Notes: generated by a model from the sequence alone, not told the origin. A stretch of DNA of 39,669 nt from Nemertoderma westbladi (GCA_032718475.1 JAUCBJ010003792.1:1-39669); one strand, 5' to 3'; shown: positions 1 through 11,685, numbered from the stretch's first letter. A program made the numbers and translations.

Positions 1-249
1 CAGGCTTGCCAGCTTGATTCGTGCTGCAGCCTTGATCATGTACGACAGAGACATACTGTTCTTTGATTAGTTCATCAAACGCCAGTTTTGGTTTGGCTAC
101 CCCCACCCGCCCCGCCTCACACCTCCTTCTCCCAAGGAAGACGACTGTACTGAAGTTATACCGGTAGGCTATACTGAAACTTTTACAGACCACTTATATC
201 TGACCTGTGTTTCAACGTTCGTCCATTAACAAGGGTTCTTATATTCCAC

Positions 250-923
250 AGCAAGGACTACTGAAGCAAGGACTGGCACACGGTAAATCCAGACTTCGCT
301 AGCGAAGGCCATGTTGTTTATGTTACCGGTAACCAGTTTCAATGATAAACATACACATTTCTAGGGTAAAAAATTATGTAGAATCTATTTATTGTATTAG
401 TTTTTCAATTACCTGTTGCATTCATGTATTGCTTTCTATATTTTAAAGTTTCTTAATAATGTAGAGTACATGGTATATGGTATAGGCATAGGCATAGTTC
501 AAGTAATCATCCGAAGTGGCGTAGCCCAAGCACGTACCAACGACATTTCGGCACACAACCGTCAGACCGTAACTATTAATTTGATTATTAGTAACTGGAT
601 TGCCGCATTGCCAATGCGACTCGGCGATGATGACAGGATGACACACTATGATGGTTCGCCTTTCTCTAACAGTCTAAGGGTGAAGGGTAGAAAACGGTCA
701 TCTGTATCACCCACTGACAGACTGGCGAGAGTTTACCGAGGATGTTCCGCACCTCAAGGTAGTCGGTTCCCGGTTGGGTCGTTGCAACCAACTGTTACAC
801 CAAATTACCCCAGAATGTCTATGTTTATCATTCAAATTGGTGACAGGTAACATAAACAACATGGCCTTCGCTAGCGAAGTCTGGATTTCTCGTATGCCAG
901 TCCTTGCTTCAGTGGTCCTTGCT
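250..923. mobile_element. Non-autonomous foldback DNA transposon (MITE) with ~120-bp terminal inverted repeats
   Basis: 250-369 (AGCAAGGACTACTGAAGCAAGGACTGGC...CTAGGGTAA) is the near-perfect reverse complement of 805-923. CCAC flanks both ends (246-249, 924-927), a candidate 4-bp TSD. No transposase inside. Confidence 0.85.
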
Positions 924-996
924 CCACAGCATTGTCCAATTTATGCTCATTTACGATGATTTCACTTAAAATAATTTGGGTTGAGCCGATATGCAG

Positions 997-1260
997 CAGA
1001 TATTAGCTGATAGATAATGTTGATTAACACCTGTTACCAACAGATATTAGCTGATAGATAATGTTGATTAACACCTGTTACCAACAGATATTAGCTGATA
1101 GATAATGTTGATTAACACCTGTTACCAACAGATATTAGCTGATAGATAATGTTGATTAACACCTGTTACCAACAGATATTAGCTGATAGATAATGTTGAT
1201 TAACACCTGTTACCAACAGATATTAGCTGATAGATAATGTTGATTAACACCTGTTACCAA
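997..1260. repeat. Minisatellite, 44-bp unit x6 identical copies
   Basis: CAGATATTAGCTGATAGATAATGTTGATTAACACCTGTTACCAA repeated exactly six times. Confidence 0.97.
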
Positions 1261-1735
1261 TACTCGAGCTGAATATTGATTTATTTATTTGTACTTCCCT
1301 CGTCTTATATTCCGTTATTGAATGATTAAATAAAATAATTATTTATTTTATTTTAATATTCAAATTAATTAAATGTAACCAAAATCTTTCTTAAGTTCAA
1401 ATTCAATGAATTAAATTTAACCATAAATGTTAAATTGTAATCGCAACAGAAAGAATGACATCCCTAAAACAGTATGTAAAATAGTATGTGTACCCTGTAA
1501 CCAATGAATAAAGTAATTCAGCTGTTATTTGTGTATATCAATTATTATCAGTTCGCATTAAGGACAACTGTAAAATGGGAATTCTCTCTCTCTAAACAAT
1601 ATTGTGGTAAATATAGATGCTGATTGTCAGTTGCGCCAGCACAATAATCATTAGGCCTACACCTCCTGTTTTACACTAACATACTTACTGTACAGTACTT
1701 AAGGTCGATATATAAATAGTCTAAATATGCAAGAC

Positions 1736-1843
1736 CGTGTCAGGTGGTTGGTGGTTGAACTGTTGCGCTACTGAAGAGGCCTGATACGCCGAAACGTACG
1801 TATAGCCCTGGTTCAACCCCCGGTGACGTGCTTCCTCATTTTT
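1736..1843 (+). ncRNA. tRNA-like Pol III unit with a hammerhead ribozyme in place of the anticodon/variable arm
   Basis: Acceptor stem CGTGTCA (1736-1742)/TGACGTG (1824-1830), 7 bp with 2 GU. D-like arm TGGTT-GGTGGTTG-AACTG (1745-1762). T arm CCTGG-TTCAACC-CCCGG (1807-1823, B-box-like GGTTCAACCC, one mismatch in the stem). TATAAATA at 1711-1718 and TTTTT at 1839-1843. Confidence 0.6.
1767..1806 (+). ncRNA. Minimal type I hammerhead ribozyme
   Basis: GCTA-CTGAAGA-GGC(ctgatac)GCC-GAAA-CGTACG-TA-TAGC. Intact CUGANGA/GAAA core, stem I GCTA/TAGC, stem II GGC/GCC, palindromic short stem III, GUA cleavage triplet (cut after 1802). Confidence 0.85.
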
Positions 1844-1912
1844 CAAACTTCTAAACAAAAATCGTATTATATACACATTATTTTATTCAATGCCATGTTT
1901 ACCTCCATACCA

Positions 1913-2156
1913 GAGACAGGGGGGGAAACTGGACGCAAATCATATCTTGGCGAATTAATATCCCGCCTCAATGTTAAATTATCAATTTAGGGAAAGGAGC
2001 AGGTTTACAGTGGCCGTTATTTTAACCAAAACAATAAACTAAACACAATAGAACAGGTTACAATTTTATTTTAGAGAGTAATCAGCTGTTATTTGCGTCG
2101 AATTTCCCCTGGAGAGGGATGAATTTTTATTGCGTCCAGTTCCACCCCCCCATCTG
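1913..2156 (+). mobile_element. MITE (shared-core family, copy 1)
   Basis: Imperfect TIRs (CAGGGGGGGAAACTGGACGCAA / TTGCGTCCAGTTCCACCCCCCCATCTG). Direct repeat CCATACCA at 1905-1912 and 2157-2164. Similar along its length to 6409-6624. Confidence 0.75.
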
Positions 2157-2934
2157 CCATACCATGATCTCCTACTCCTCCTTATAGTTGTTGTACTTTA
2201 TTGTAGTAACTTTTGTGTAACAAATCGTGATTTTTATCTCCTTTTCAGGTTTCTATCCTGACAAATCCTTTAATTACGGTTATTTCTATAGTTGTGTTAA
2301 TTTTCATTCCAAATTCCTCCAGCCCAACAACCATACATCCACCACTGGGTTTATATGACAGTAATAATTGAATGATATTCAAAGAAGTAAACAAAATTGA
2401 ATTTTCCCGAGATTTCGAGTCAGTAGAGTGACATTTATTTTCACAATATAAATGTAAATAAAAATTATATAAATAATTCAATTATTTCAGCAAGCAATGA
2501 ATTATTACCGATCAGATTAAATAATTAAATTCAAAAACATACCCTGGAATAATCAATTAGTCTAGACGGCAATAGTTAACAATCTAAATCGCTTCTCTTT
2601 CATGTTTTGAATTAATTCTATTGAAAATCCACCAAACATCAAAGATATTATTATAATTGGAATAGTGCAGGCTGCTCAGGGCAAGCCTATGATTTGAATA
2701 ACCTGCGATACTCAATAATACTGGCCCACTAAACTGTTACCATTTCATTTGCCTATTATAATATGAATCTATAAAAGGTCCTGGAATAATAGTGACTTAT
2801 TAGTTAAAAAATATATAGGCTGATGTATAGCCCCCCCCCCCCTCGTAGCTACGGTACTGTCGTGCTATTTTTATCGGTAAATTTATTGTAGGCCTTGTTT
2901 GCCCGTTGTAATACTAAGTTTTATTTATTATTTG

Positions 2935-2975
2935 TGCATTGAGAATGGTTTAAGTATTAAACCGAAACGTCTGCA
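2935..2975 (+). ncRNA. Minimal type I hammerhead ribozyme, U3-A8 variant (Penelope-like element type)
   Basis: TGCA-TTGAGAA-T-GGTTTAA(gta)TTAAACC-GAAA-CGTC-TGCA. Stem I TGCA/TGCA, 7-bp stem II, loopless GAAACGUC stem III, compensatory U3-A8 instead of C3-G8. Confidence 0.7.
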
Positions 2976-3072
2976 GTTATCACTATGAAATTTAAAGTTT
3001 TATCGCTGGCCTTTATTTACATATTATTTATACATAACTGTTTTAGTTTCCCCGCCTCTGTCCTCCTTCTTC

Positions 3073-4513
3073 AGTCGTGCTGGCTGGGTTATGACCTCGA
3101 AATGACCTCTCTTTCTAAGGCACAGAATGAGTCCCGCCGACTCAGGCACACTAGGACATGCCAAAGATGCAGTTAAGGCTGCACCTAGGTCCTTTAACAG
3201 GCAGTACTCTGATAATCTGAAAGAGCTTATCATTAAGCAGGTTGATGCCATTAACAATGCTGATGATAGCAAGCAATCAGCCCAGGCATGGCAATCAGAG
3301 GAAAAGCCAACCAACTACCAAGGTTAAGGCTGAATCTCCAGCTGAACTCCTCAGCGGTTGGAAGGCCCACTTCTGAGAAGCTTCTAAACAATGACAGGGT
3401 ATTGCCTGATAACTTTGAGGTACATCATGTATCTGAATCGTGCCAGTGGAGTAGATAACGTGCCCCCTGAGGTCTTTAAAATTCCGGAGTGTTTTGAGCT
3501 CTTCACCCCATTATTGTCGACATGTATTGTATAGGACAAAGCTCATAACTCAAGAACTTAAAACAAATACGTTGGTCCCAGCCCCAAATAAGGGCAACCC
3601 GTGGATCTCTTCGCGAAATCTCGATTGCTGCAAAGCATAATTCTATTTAAATAGCATCAGGGATCCTGTTGAGAGACTGTTTCGTGGGAACCAAAATGGG
3701 TTCCGTAAAGGTCGTGGGACCATGAGCCTATTCTGGCACTTCGAAGGATTGTCTAGTTATCAATAAAGAAAGACAGAGAACTGACTGTTATCTTTGTTGA
3801 CTTCTTTAAAGCCTTCGACTCAGTCTCTCGGCCAGGTATCTTCAGCATACTGGCAGCATATGGGATTCCTGAGGAAATTATTGCAGCTATCGGATCACTT
3901 CACTATGGTTCCACTGCAAATGCAAGTGTGACACACTTTCACCATTCTTATTCATAATTGTGGTTGATTATGTTCTACGCATGTCCTTAGACCATCTTAA
4001 TAAAGATGGGGTGATAGTAACACCACCTACAGGAACAATAAGTAGAGGAAATCCAGCAAAGTACCTTATTGATGTAGACTATGCTGATGACTTAGGGATA
4101 CTCTCAGAATCACTAGAGGAAGCCCAAAGGTTCTTATGCTAGTTGGAGCAGGTTTCTTCTAGTGTTGGTCTTTTTGCAAACTCTAAGAAAACCAAAATTG
4201 TGACAGTGAACCTTGACAGCCCTCAGGATATGTCTGATCGTAAGGGATAAGCTCCAGGGATGACTTGCTTGAGCACGTGGATTACTTATTATGCTATTTG
4301 GGATCATGGATCTGGAAGTCAGGTGAAGACCTTCAGATACGTAAGGGGTATGCATGGGCAGCGTTAAATAGTCTCTCCGGGATTTCGATGTCAAATATAA
4401 TAATACGGAATCTCAAGGTTCGATTATTATGGCTGTAGTTTTACCAGTTCTCCTATATGGGGGGGGGGGGGGGGGGGGGGGGGTGGGTCCATGCTGGGCT
4501 CTAACTGCAGATG
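3073..4513 (+). pseudogene. Decayed RTE-like non-LTR retrotransposon ORF2 fragment (reverse transcriptase), family A copy 1
   Basis: Frameshifted RT motifs NQNGFRKGRGT, FVDFFKAFDSV, IVVDYVLR, DVDYADDLGIL (YADD ~4080-4091), AWAALN, PVLLYG. Many stops and indels. Confidence 0.9.
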
Positions 4514-4797
4514 TCAATTAATTTATAAATTTTTCTAGAACAAAATATAAATTAAGTTTAATCTCATTTTATTTATTTGTATGGAATTAATTTCGCACTA
4601 CCAAATCGCCAGAGCGACATATTTTCCAACTTTATATCGCAGTACGACATTATTTCTCAGTATGCCCCAACGCCATACATTTTACTATATGTATTTCAAG
4701 TATATCCAGTATGTCACCGCGTCATTATTAGGTTGTTATAGAAAGTTTGAGTGCATAACTACAAATAATTCCACACAAATATGAATAAAATTAGATT

Positions 4798-4890
4798 CGC
4801 CATTGTTCATAATTAGCACTTTAAAGTCGCTCGGGAAACAAAATCACTCGTGCCGTAACGCTATAAAGTGCTATTTTATGAACAATGACG
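4798..4890. repeat. Short inverted-repeat hairpin, probable miniature DNA-transposon remnant
   Basis: CGCCATTGTTCATAATTAGCACTTTA pairs with TAAAGTGCTATTTTATGAACAATGACG (~26-bp arms, ~40-bp spacer). Confidence 0.7.
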
Positions 4891-6408
4891 TATAGGCCTA
4901 TAGTTAATATTGCGGGAATAATATGTTCTATAATTCTCCCTATTTGACATTGTATGTATGCCTATGTAACATTGGTGTTTTCGAAACTGTTAATCATATT
5001 TACTTATAATGACGTCCGTTTCCGAGTTTAGGTGACTTTGACGTTTTTTTTAATTAATTCGTGGTTTTTTTCCCCAAGTAAAGCCCAGCCTATTCGCTCA
5101 CCTCCCCCAACACTAATCCCAATGTAAGGCAGAGCAGTCACACTGACTCCGTTTGACGTTTGAGTGGCACTTTAACTTGATTTATCTGTTGTGCCGAGAT
5201 ATACTGTAGTACGCGTTTCAACCATACAGTAGCTAGTTGGTAACCCTCCTGGTTGAATTAATTAGCTTCTTTCCAGTTTCTCATCTTAGTGGTGTCGTGA
5301 TGTAGAAGGAGCAAGGGGGAGCTCGAATTAAATGTATCATGAATTAATACGGGGCGAGCCACGAAGTAAGAGAGCTTAGCACAGGTACCGTTATTTAAAC
5401 TGTTTTCTAACGGTCGGTTTGTCTGTAAGTCAGTCTGCTTTCGGCTAATGTTAATGTTTGAAGGCTAATAATTTGATGAAGGTACGCTGTTTGTCAAAAG
5501 TTTGAAACGTATTTGTGTGAGAGGAAACAGCAGTCCTTCAATTTGCCGATAGAAGGCGTAATATGTTTGAAAATGGGAATATTTCGTTTTTTTACCCAAT
5601 TCCGTTAAAGCTCGCCATTGTGGTCAGAATGCCACCGCTTCAAAAGTTCTGCTCTCTCATGTGTCTAAGGTCCAGCTCCTCTCGTGCTGTCCCTGCGCAC
5701 AGGCCCCACGGCAGCACTGTACTTCCATTGATTTATTGTACTGCAGACTGTTACACTGCTGGAGTTATAAATTTGTTTAACAACACAACACATGCTGTAT
5801 GCTACCTGGCAGATAGGGTGGCGGGACACTTGACACATTCAAAACTAATCCCTCTCCTGGGGAAAATCGACGCAATTACTGCGGGGATGACTGGTACAGT
5901 GATACCGGTAATTTCTATTGTAAAACTCAGAGAGACGGAAAAGTGAAAGTTAAACAGCTGTATATGTCAGTGGGGCGAGTCGGAACTGCGAACCATCAGC
6001 AAACGGGTATAATTATACTATTAATTTATATAAATTAGATAATTAGGAGTATACGGTGGTTTTATGTCTGGGTATCTGTCGACAGCGATAGTAGTCGGAA
6101 ACCAATAGCAATAACTATACAGTATATATTTAATAGTACTGTATAACAGTAACTGTACAGTTCACTGATGATAGCTTAAGCTTATTACGCTGTAGTTATG
6201 CTGCATGATGGAAGGCCACATAACTGAGTGCTAGCTAGGCCTACAGTAATTATACGTAGTTACATTAATGTATAGAGCAGGCTACCTAACTCTTATCAGA
6301 AGCGAGAAGCAGCATTTCGTGTGGCAGGCATATAATATTATGTGATCGTCAAATAAAGAGTGAGAATTAGAGGATTAGAAGAGCGGTGTAAAGTGATACT
6401 CAACTTTG

Positions 6409-6624
6409 GAGACACGGTGGGGGCAACTCGGCGAATTAATATCTGGCCTCAATTTAGGGAAAGAAGCAGGTCACAGTAGCGCGTTATTCTAACCAAAACA
6501 AAAAAAATAAAGTCAATAAAACAGATTATAGTTTTATTTTTAGGAGTAATCAGCTGTTACTTGAGTCGAAATTCCCCTGAGGATGGATGAATTTTTATTG
6601 CCTCGAAAGTCCCCCCCCCTTCTG
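6409..6624 (+). mobile_element. MITE (shared-core family, copy 2)
   Basis: Homologous to 1913-2156 (GGCGAATTAATATC...TAGGGAAAGAAGCAGG...GTAATCAGCTGTTA...GGATGAATTTTTATTGC). Flanked by TCAACTTTG (6400-6408) and TCAACTTG (6625-6632). Confidence 0.75.
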
Positions 6625-9574
6625 TCAACTTGACGTTAATATTAATCCTTTGTTGAAAGGAAATAATGAAATTTTTTAATAGATATTTTAATTATAAAAC
6701 ATAATATATTTTCATGTGGGATAATCGGTTCTCTTAAGATATTATTATCAGATTCTGAGCCCAGCCTTTGATATATGCCAATGAGCTGCTATCGCCAGTA
6801 TAACTAATGCCAATCCACTCCTATCTTAAGATAAAGTATTATGGACTATTCTCTTTCCATACCCTAGTTTTTGCGTGGGCGAATAAAGCAAGGCGAACCA
6901 GCAACCGCATATTAAACCAGTGGTATAAATTCTCTCCCATTTAATAAGTAAATGCCGATTTAGTCTCAGACAACTTATCCGGTGCAATTTGACATGTACT
7001 TACTGTAAGTAATACGTAATAAACACTTATATATGTAAAGCAAATATCGTTTAAACTTTGTTATAAGCCGGTAGGTTGTTATTGTAAATAGCAGAAATTA
7101 AATTTATTTGAATACATGTATTAGAATTAATTAAAATGCAATATTGTGGCTACAAATGGTCATTTGCGCTACGAATATAACTTATAATAACTTAACGAAG
7201 TTATTTTTGGAATTATTTATAAACAACCACCGCCAACTAACAAACAAACCTCTAAACTGCGCCTAAAACTATTTACATAAACAAAAGGTCAGTAAGTTAT
7301 ATCTTATATCATTAAATAACGTATCTTACTTCCTACTGTATCAACAGCAGTTTATTATTCTGGCAACTTTTAGAGCGACTTGTAGAGCAAATTAGGTTGC
7401 CGATCAAGTTGCTCGGTTTCTAGCACATACGAATACTGAAAAAAAAAACGTTTTATACGGCAACTTTGAAGAAGGAATTTGTGTAGGCTGTTTTAAGCGG
7501 GTTAATTAAATCAATTTATATTAGATGAAATCGGTTCTTATTTAAGAATGACATGGGTTGTTTATTATTTTCGCCAATCTCTCCCCCCCCCCCCCCCCCC
7601 CCACAATTTTTCCACCCTCTTGTTCTCCCAGCCCAGACATTATCTAAACCAGATACTGGAAGCTGAATACAAAACAGTAGTAGTCAGTGTCCAATAAACC
7701 GCAAGGCGTGTTATACGATACGTCTGAGTTAATTTCCGCCTGAAGCGAAAAAATGCAATTAAATTCAGAAATTCATAGGATTTACAGCCCTTACACAACA
7801 GATCTTAGTCATACAAACACTAGTTTGTATCCAATGTTTAAATTTACATTAATTAATTTCGACATGAAAATCCACTAACAAGTCCCCGCCGTTATCTTAG
7901 AATACATAAGCGGTACTGCTGGCCTGTAAGGCTCCTTAAGAAGATAGCCGCCCCTTCTATCAACCCCAATCCAATCATATCTTTGTTTTATTTTAATTAT
8001 AACTTATTGATGCACCTATACTGGACGCTTGCTAGTCAATATCGATCGCGCTTTACTCGCTCTCTCACATCTTAACGTTTATGCAACAATCCCGGAATAT
8101 TCACACGCTGTTTTTTCATTATTATGTATTTACGATTACGACCAATTCTCCGTTGTTTTTAACGTATTTGGGTATTTCGGAATTCAGCATTGTGGTTGTG
8201 GGGGGGGGGGGGGGGGGTTCAAACATCTCAGAAGGAAAATTCGACACAAATAAGAAATAACAACTCATTACAGTATATGAACAAAAATTAAACAGTACTG
8301 TAACCTGTGCTGTCAGTGTCAGTGATTTTAGTATAGGTTGGCATCAAGTCCAAGTACCCTTACCCATCCATAATACATGTTATAGCGGAAGGCCCACATG
8401 TCCTCTTTCATTAAATATTATGCCTAAACTGAAATAATCCTCCTCTGTCATAAATCACCATTCAGCTAGTATTTTATTGAAGAAAGAACATAAAGATGTC
8501 ATACTCTGTATGATAATATATACGGCGCTCGGCGCATCATAATTTGATTTACAATCCCCGCTATATTATCATCACTCTTACAGTGACAGCATAATATATC
8601 ATTATTTTGAAACCGAAAGTATTATTTATTAATTTATATATCAGGCGATGGATTGCGTAGCGCCTCAGCCCTCAAAAGCCTAGCGGCTGAAACATAATGT
8701 GCAGTAGTTGAATAGCATTGATTTCTGAGGAATTCTCCCAGCATTGGATTGAAGCCATGGCAGTTTAGTGCAGAACAGTAGGCCTACTACTGTAGCGTAC
8801 TGGTAGGCCTACATACATATAAGCTGCGTAGTGCATAGCAGTAGCAGTCAACGAATCGATAATTATATAGCTAGCCCGTCATGGTGCGATGCTCTTACAG
8901 TAGTAGTACATACATACAACCCGGGCTAACCACACTACTGCACGCAGCCAAAACTGGTAAAACGCAAGGAATGTGTGTATTTAAATGACAGGTTACATGT
9001 ATATTATTTATATTAGAGCTAGTTACTACACACAATACTTCCAATTAGGTACTGTATTGGTAAACAGTAGGATACTCACTCATTGCTCTGCAATAAAAGG
9101 ACTAAACATATCCTTATTGATCTACCCCCTGACGCACAATGATCTACTGGTGTAACACGACAAGCAGCGCGCTTTCATATGGTTATATTACAGTACTTCG
9201 ACGTACTGTAGGTAATTGATGCTTTGAGTAGGAGGTACAGCAATACAAAGCAAACAGTTAGAACCTTGGAAATTGTTGATGGAAATCCTTTGTTGTGACA
9301 CGTTAGGTTCATTCCGCCGGGGTTGACTCAATTAAGAAGCACAGCGGCGGCTGAGAGAGAGGGCAGGGGGGGGGGGGGGGGGGTTACTGACTACCAGCCG
9401 ATGCCATTCCATCCTTATAGGCCTATTCAGCCAGCAATGTCATATGCCAGCAATCTTCTGTTGATCGCTGATGTCCCGATGTCACACTGTCTGTGCTTTC
9501 CCCAGACAAACAGTTATCCAAAAAGGCCCCTTTCTTTTAATTTTCTATACTTTGACAATATTTGCTTGCTAGTC

Positions 9575-10233
9575 ACTTCAACAAAGGAGACAGAATATTA
9601 CTGTATCTTTTTTGAATTCTATAAGCAAGGCCTTCGATTCAGTCGCTCGACAACGACCATGAATAGGAAGAAGAGAGTCCCTCAAGAAATGAAAACAAAT
9701 GAGTTGGTTCCAGACCCACAGAAGGGCATCCTAGCAACATATGGATCTTTTCGTGGAATGATTGATCTCGATTGCTACTGTACACAGCTACACAATATAA
9801 TCCTACTAAATCGCACCAGGGATCCTGTTGAGAGTCTGCTATGTCGAAATCAGAATGGGTTCCATAAAGGTCGAGGGACCATGGAGCCTGTTCTGGCATT
9901 CACAAGGATAATCGAAGAGTTATCAATAAAGACAGACAACTGGCTATTTTATTTGTTGACTTCTTTAAAGCCTTCGACTCAGTCTCCCGACCACGTATGT
10001 TCACAATACTTGCAGCATAATGGACTCCTGAGTAAATTATTGCAGCATCAGACCACACTATACGATGGTTCCACCCAATTTGGGGCTACTGGTGACACAG
10101 ATCCATTCAAAGTCTTAATGAGAGTCCTTCAGGGTGACACACTTGCACCATTCTTATTCGTAATTGTGGTTGATTATGTTCTACGCATGACCTTAGACCA
10201 TCTTAATAAAGATGGGGTGATGATGACACCACC
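9575..10233 (+). pseudogene. RTE-like RT fragment, family A copy 2 (left part)
   Basis: LLNRTRDPVESLLCRNQNGFHKGRGT and VLQGDTLAPFLFVIVVDYVLR. Nucleotide similarity to ~3560-4027. The left boundary is approximate and scrambled. Confidence 0.88.
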
Positions 10234-11268
10234 CTATGATTCTATATAGAATTAGACCTCACATATAGAGAAACTGCTACGTAAAAGAGCCAAAACGGAT
10301 TTCGACCAAATAGATCAACAATAGCTCAGATACTTGCGCTACGGAGACTGATTGAGGGAATTAAGTCAAAGAATCTCCCCGCTGTCCTGACTTTTGCGGA
10401 CTTCAAGAAAGCATTTGATTCATTCCATAGAGGTAAAATGCTGGAAATCCTAAGAGCTTATGGAATACCAGAAGTAATTGTTGCTGGCATTGGATTGTTA
10501 TATTGTGACACAGAAGCTCAGGAAACTGAGTTCTTCTCAATCCTGGCTGGCGTACTGCAAGGTGACACATTGGCGCCATTACTATTTGTAATTGTACTTA
10601 CTTAATTTAATTTACTACTAAATTAATACTTAATACTTAATTGTACTAACTGTAATTACGCAATGACGAGGGCCACAAAGGGTGAAGATCTGGGATTCAT
10701 CCTACAAGAACGCAGAAGTAGTAGATATAATATACAGACACCAACTTTGCGGATGACATCGCCCTGCTTTCTAATAGGCTAGCAGATGCACAGCTTCTAC
10801 TGAATAAAGTGGAGAGAGTTGCTACGAGACGGAGGTTGGATTGCTTATAAATGCTATACCAAGACCGAATTTATGACCTTTGATGTTAATGGAAACTTGA
10901 CAACAATTGACAATAATCAACTAAGGAAGGTTGACGACTTCCAGTACCTTGGGTCATGGATAGAGAGTAGCAAAAAGGACATAGAAGTTAGGAAAGCAAA
11001 GGCTTGGGTAGCTCTATCAAAAATGGATACCATCTGGAAATCAGATCTCTCCAGGCACCTGAAGACTAAGTTCTTTCGAGCCACAGTGGAAAGTGTACTT
11101 TTATACGGGGGTGAGACCTGGACATTGACTAAATCACTTGAACAACGAATTGATGGTTGCTACACAAGACTACTAAGGGCAGCCCTAAACATCATCAGCT
11201 GGAGACAATACATGACAAATTCCGAGCTCTATGGTACTATAATACGAATACCACATCTATTAACCACC
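10234..11268 (+). pseudogene. RTE-like RT fragment of a second family (B), nested in family A copy 2
   Basis: Restarts at the RT N-terminus: QNGFRPNRSTIAQILALRRLIEG, DFKKAFDSIHRGKM, GVLQGDTLAPLLF, FADD (10746-10757), DFQYLGSWI, TVESVLLYGGETW. Frameshifted. Confidence 0.9.
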
Positions 11269-11685
11269 AGGTGAGGACATTCGAATACGTAAGGGAAAGG
11301 CATGGGCAGCCTTGAATAGGCTTTCCAGGATTTGGAAGTCACAGAGAATTAATCGGAAACTTAAGGTCCGATTATTTAGAGCAGCAGTAGTTCCAGTACT
11401 CCTCTATTTGAGTCAATGCTGGGCTCTAACTGCTGAGGAGACCAAATCTTTGGATGGCACATTCACAAGAATGCTACGCCGGGTTCATTGTGTCAAGTAC
11501 AATGCACACATCTCCAAACAGACACTATATAACATTGCAGGTGTCTCATTGGTTCCCCCAAGCTTAGAACACAGTCGCCTCCGCTTTGCAGGACATTGCT
11601 TTCGCCGTGAGGACCAGCCAGTGCATAATCGTGTGCTTTGACAGCCTCATGGAGTGAATAAGCATATGGTGGACAGCCCATGATG
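11263..11685 (+). pseudogene. RTE-like ORF2 fragment, family A copy 2 (right part)
   Basis: RKGKAWAALNRLSRIWKS...PVLLYLSQCWAL...RLRFAGHCFRR. Aligns with 4320-4513 of copy 1. Confidence 0.88.

Noticed and set aside
2-163. Protein-like frame (…MYDRDILFFD* then FIKRQFWFGYPHPP…) with donor-like GTAGG at 164, possibly joining an acceptor near 2248
   Set aside because: In-frame TAG at 68-70, no recognisable homology, and truncated by the window edge.
416-959. Short ORFs inside the foldback element; also 5563-5946 and other ORFs under 130 aa
   Set aside because: No domain motifs. Several have non-ATG starts, and lengths are within chance expectation.
5473-5515. TTGATGA...GAAACGTA hammerhead-like core
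   Set aside because: No credible stem I or stem II.
9323-10249. 308-aa ORF as an intact gene
   Set aside because: Non-ATG start. It runs through a poly-G tract and moves in and out of the RT frame, so it is a decayed retroelement.
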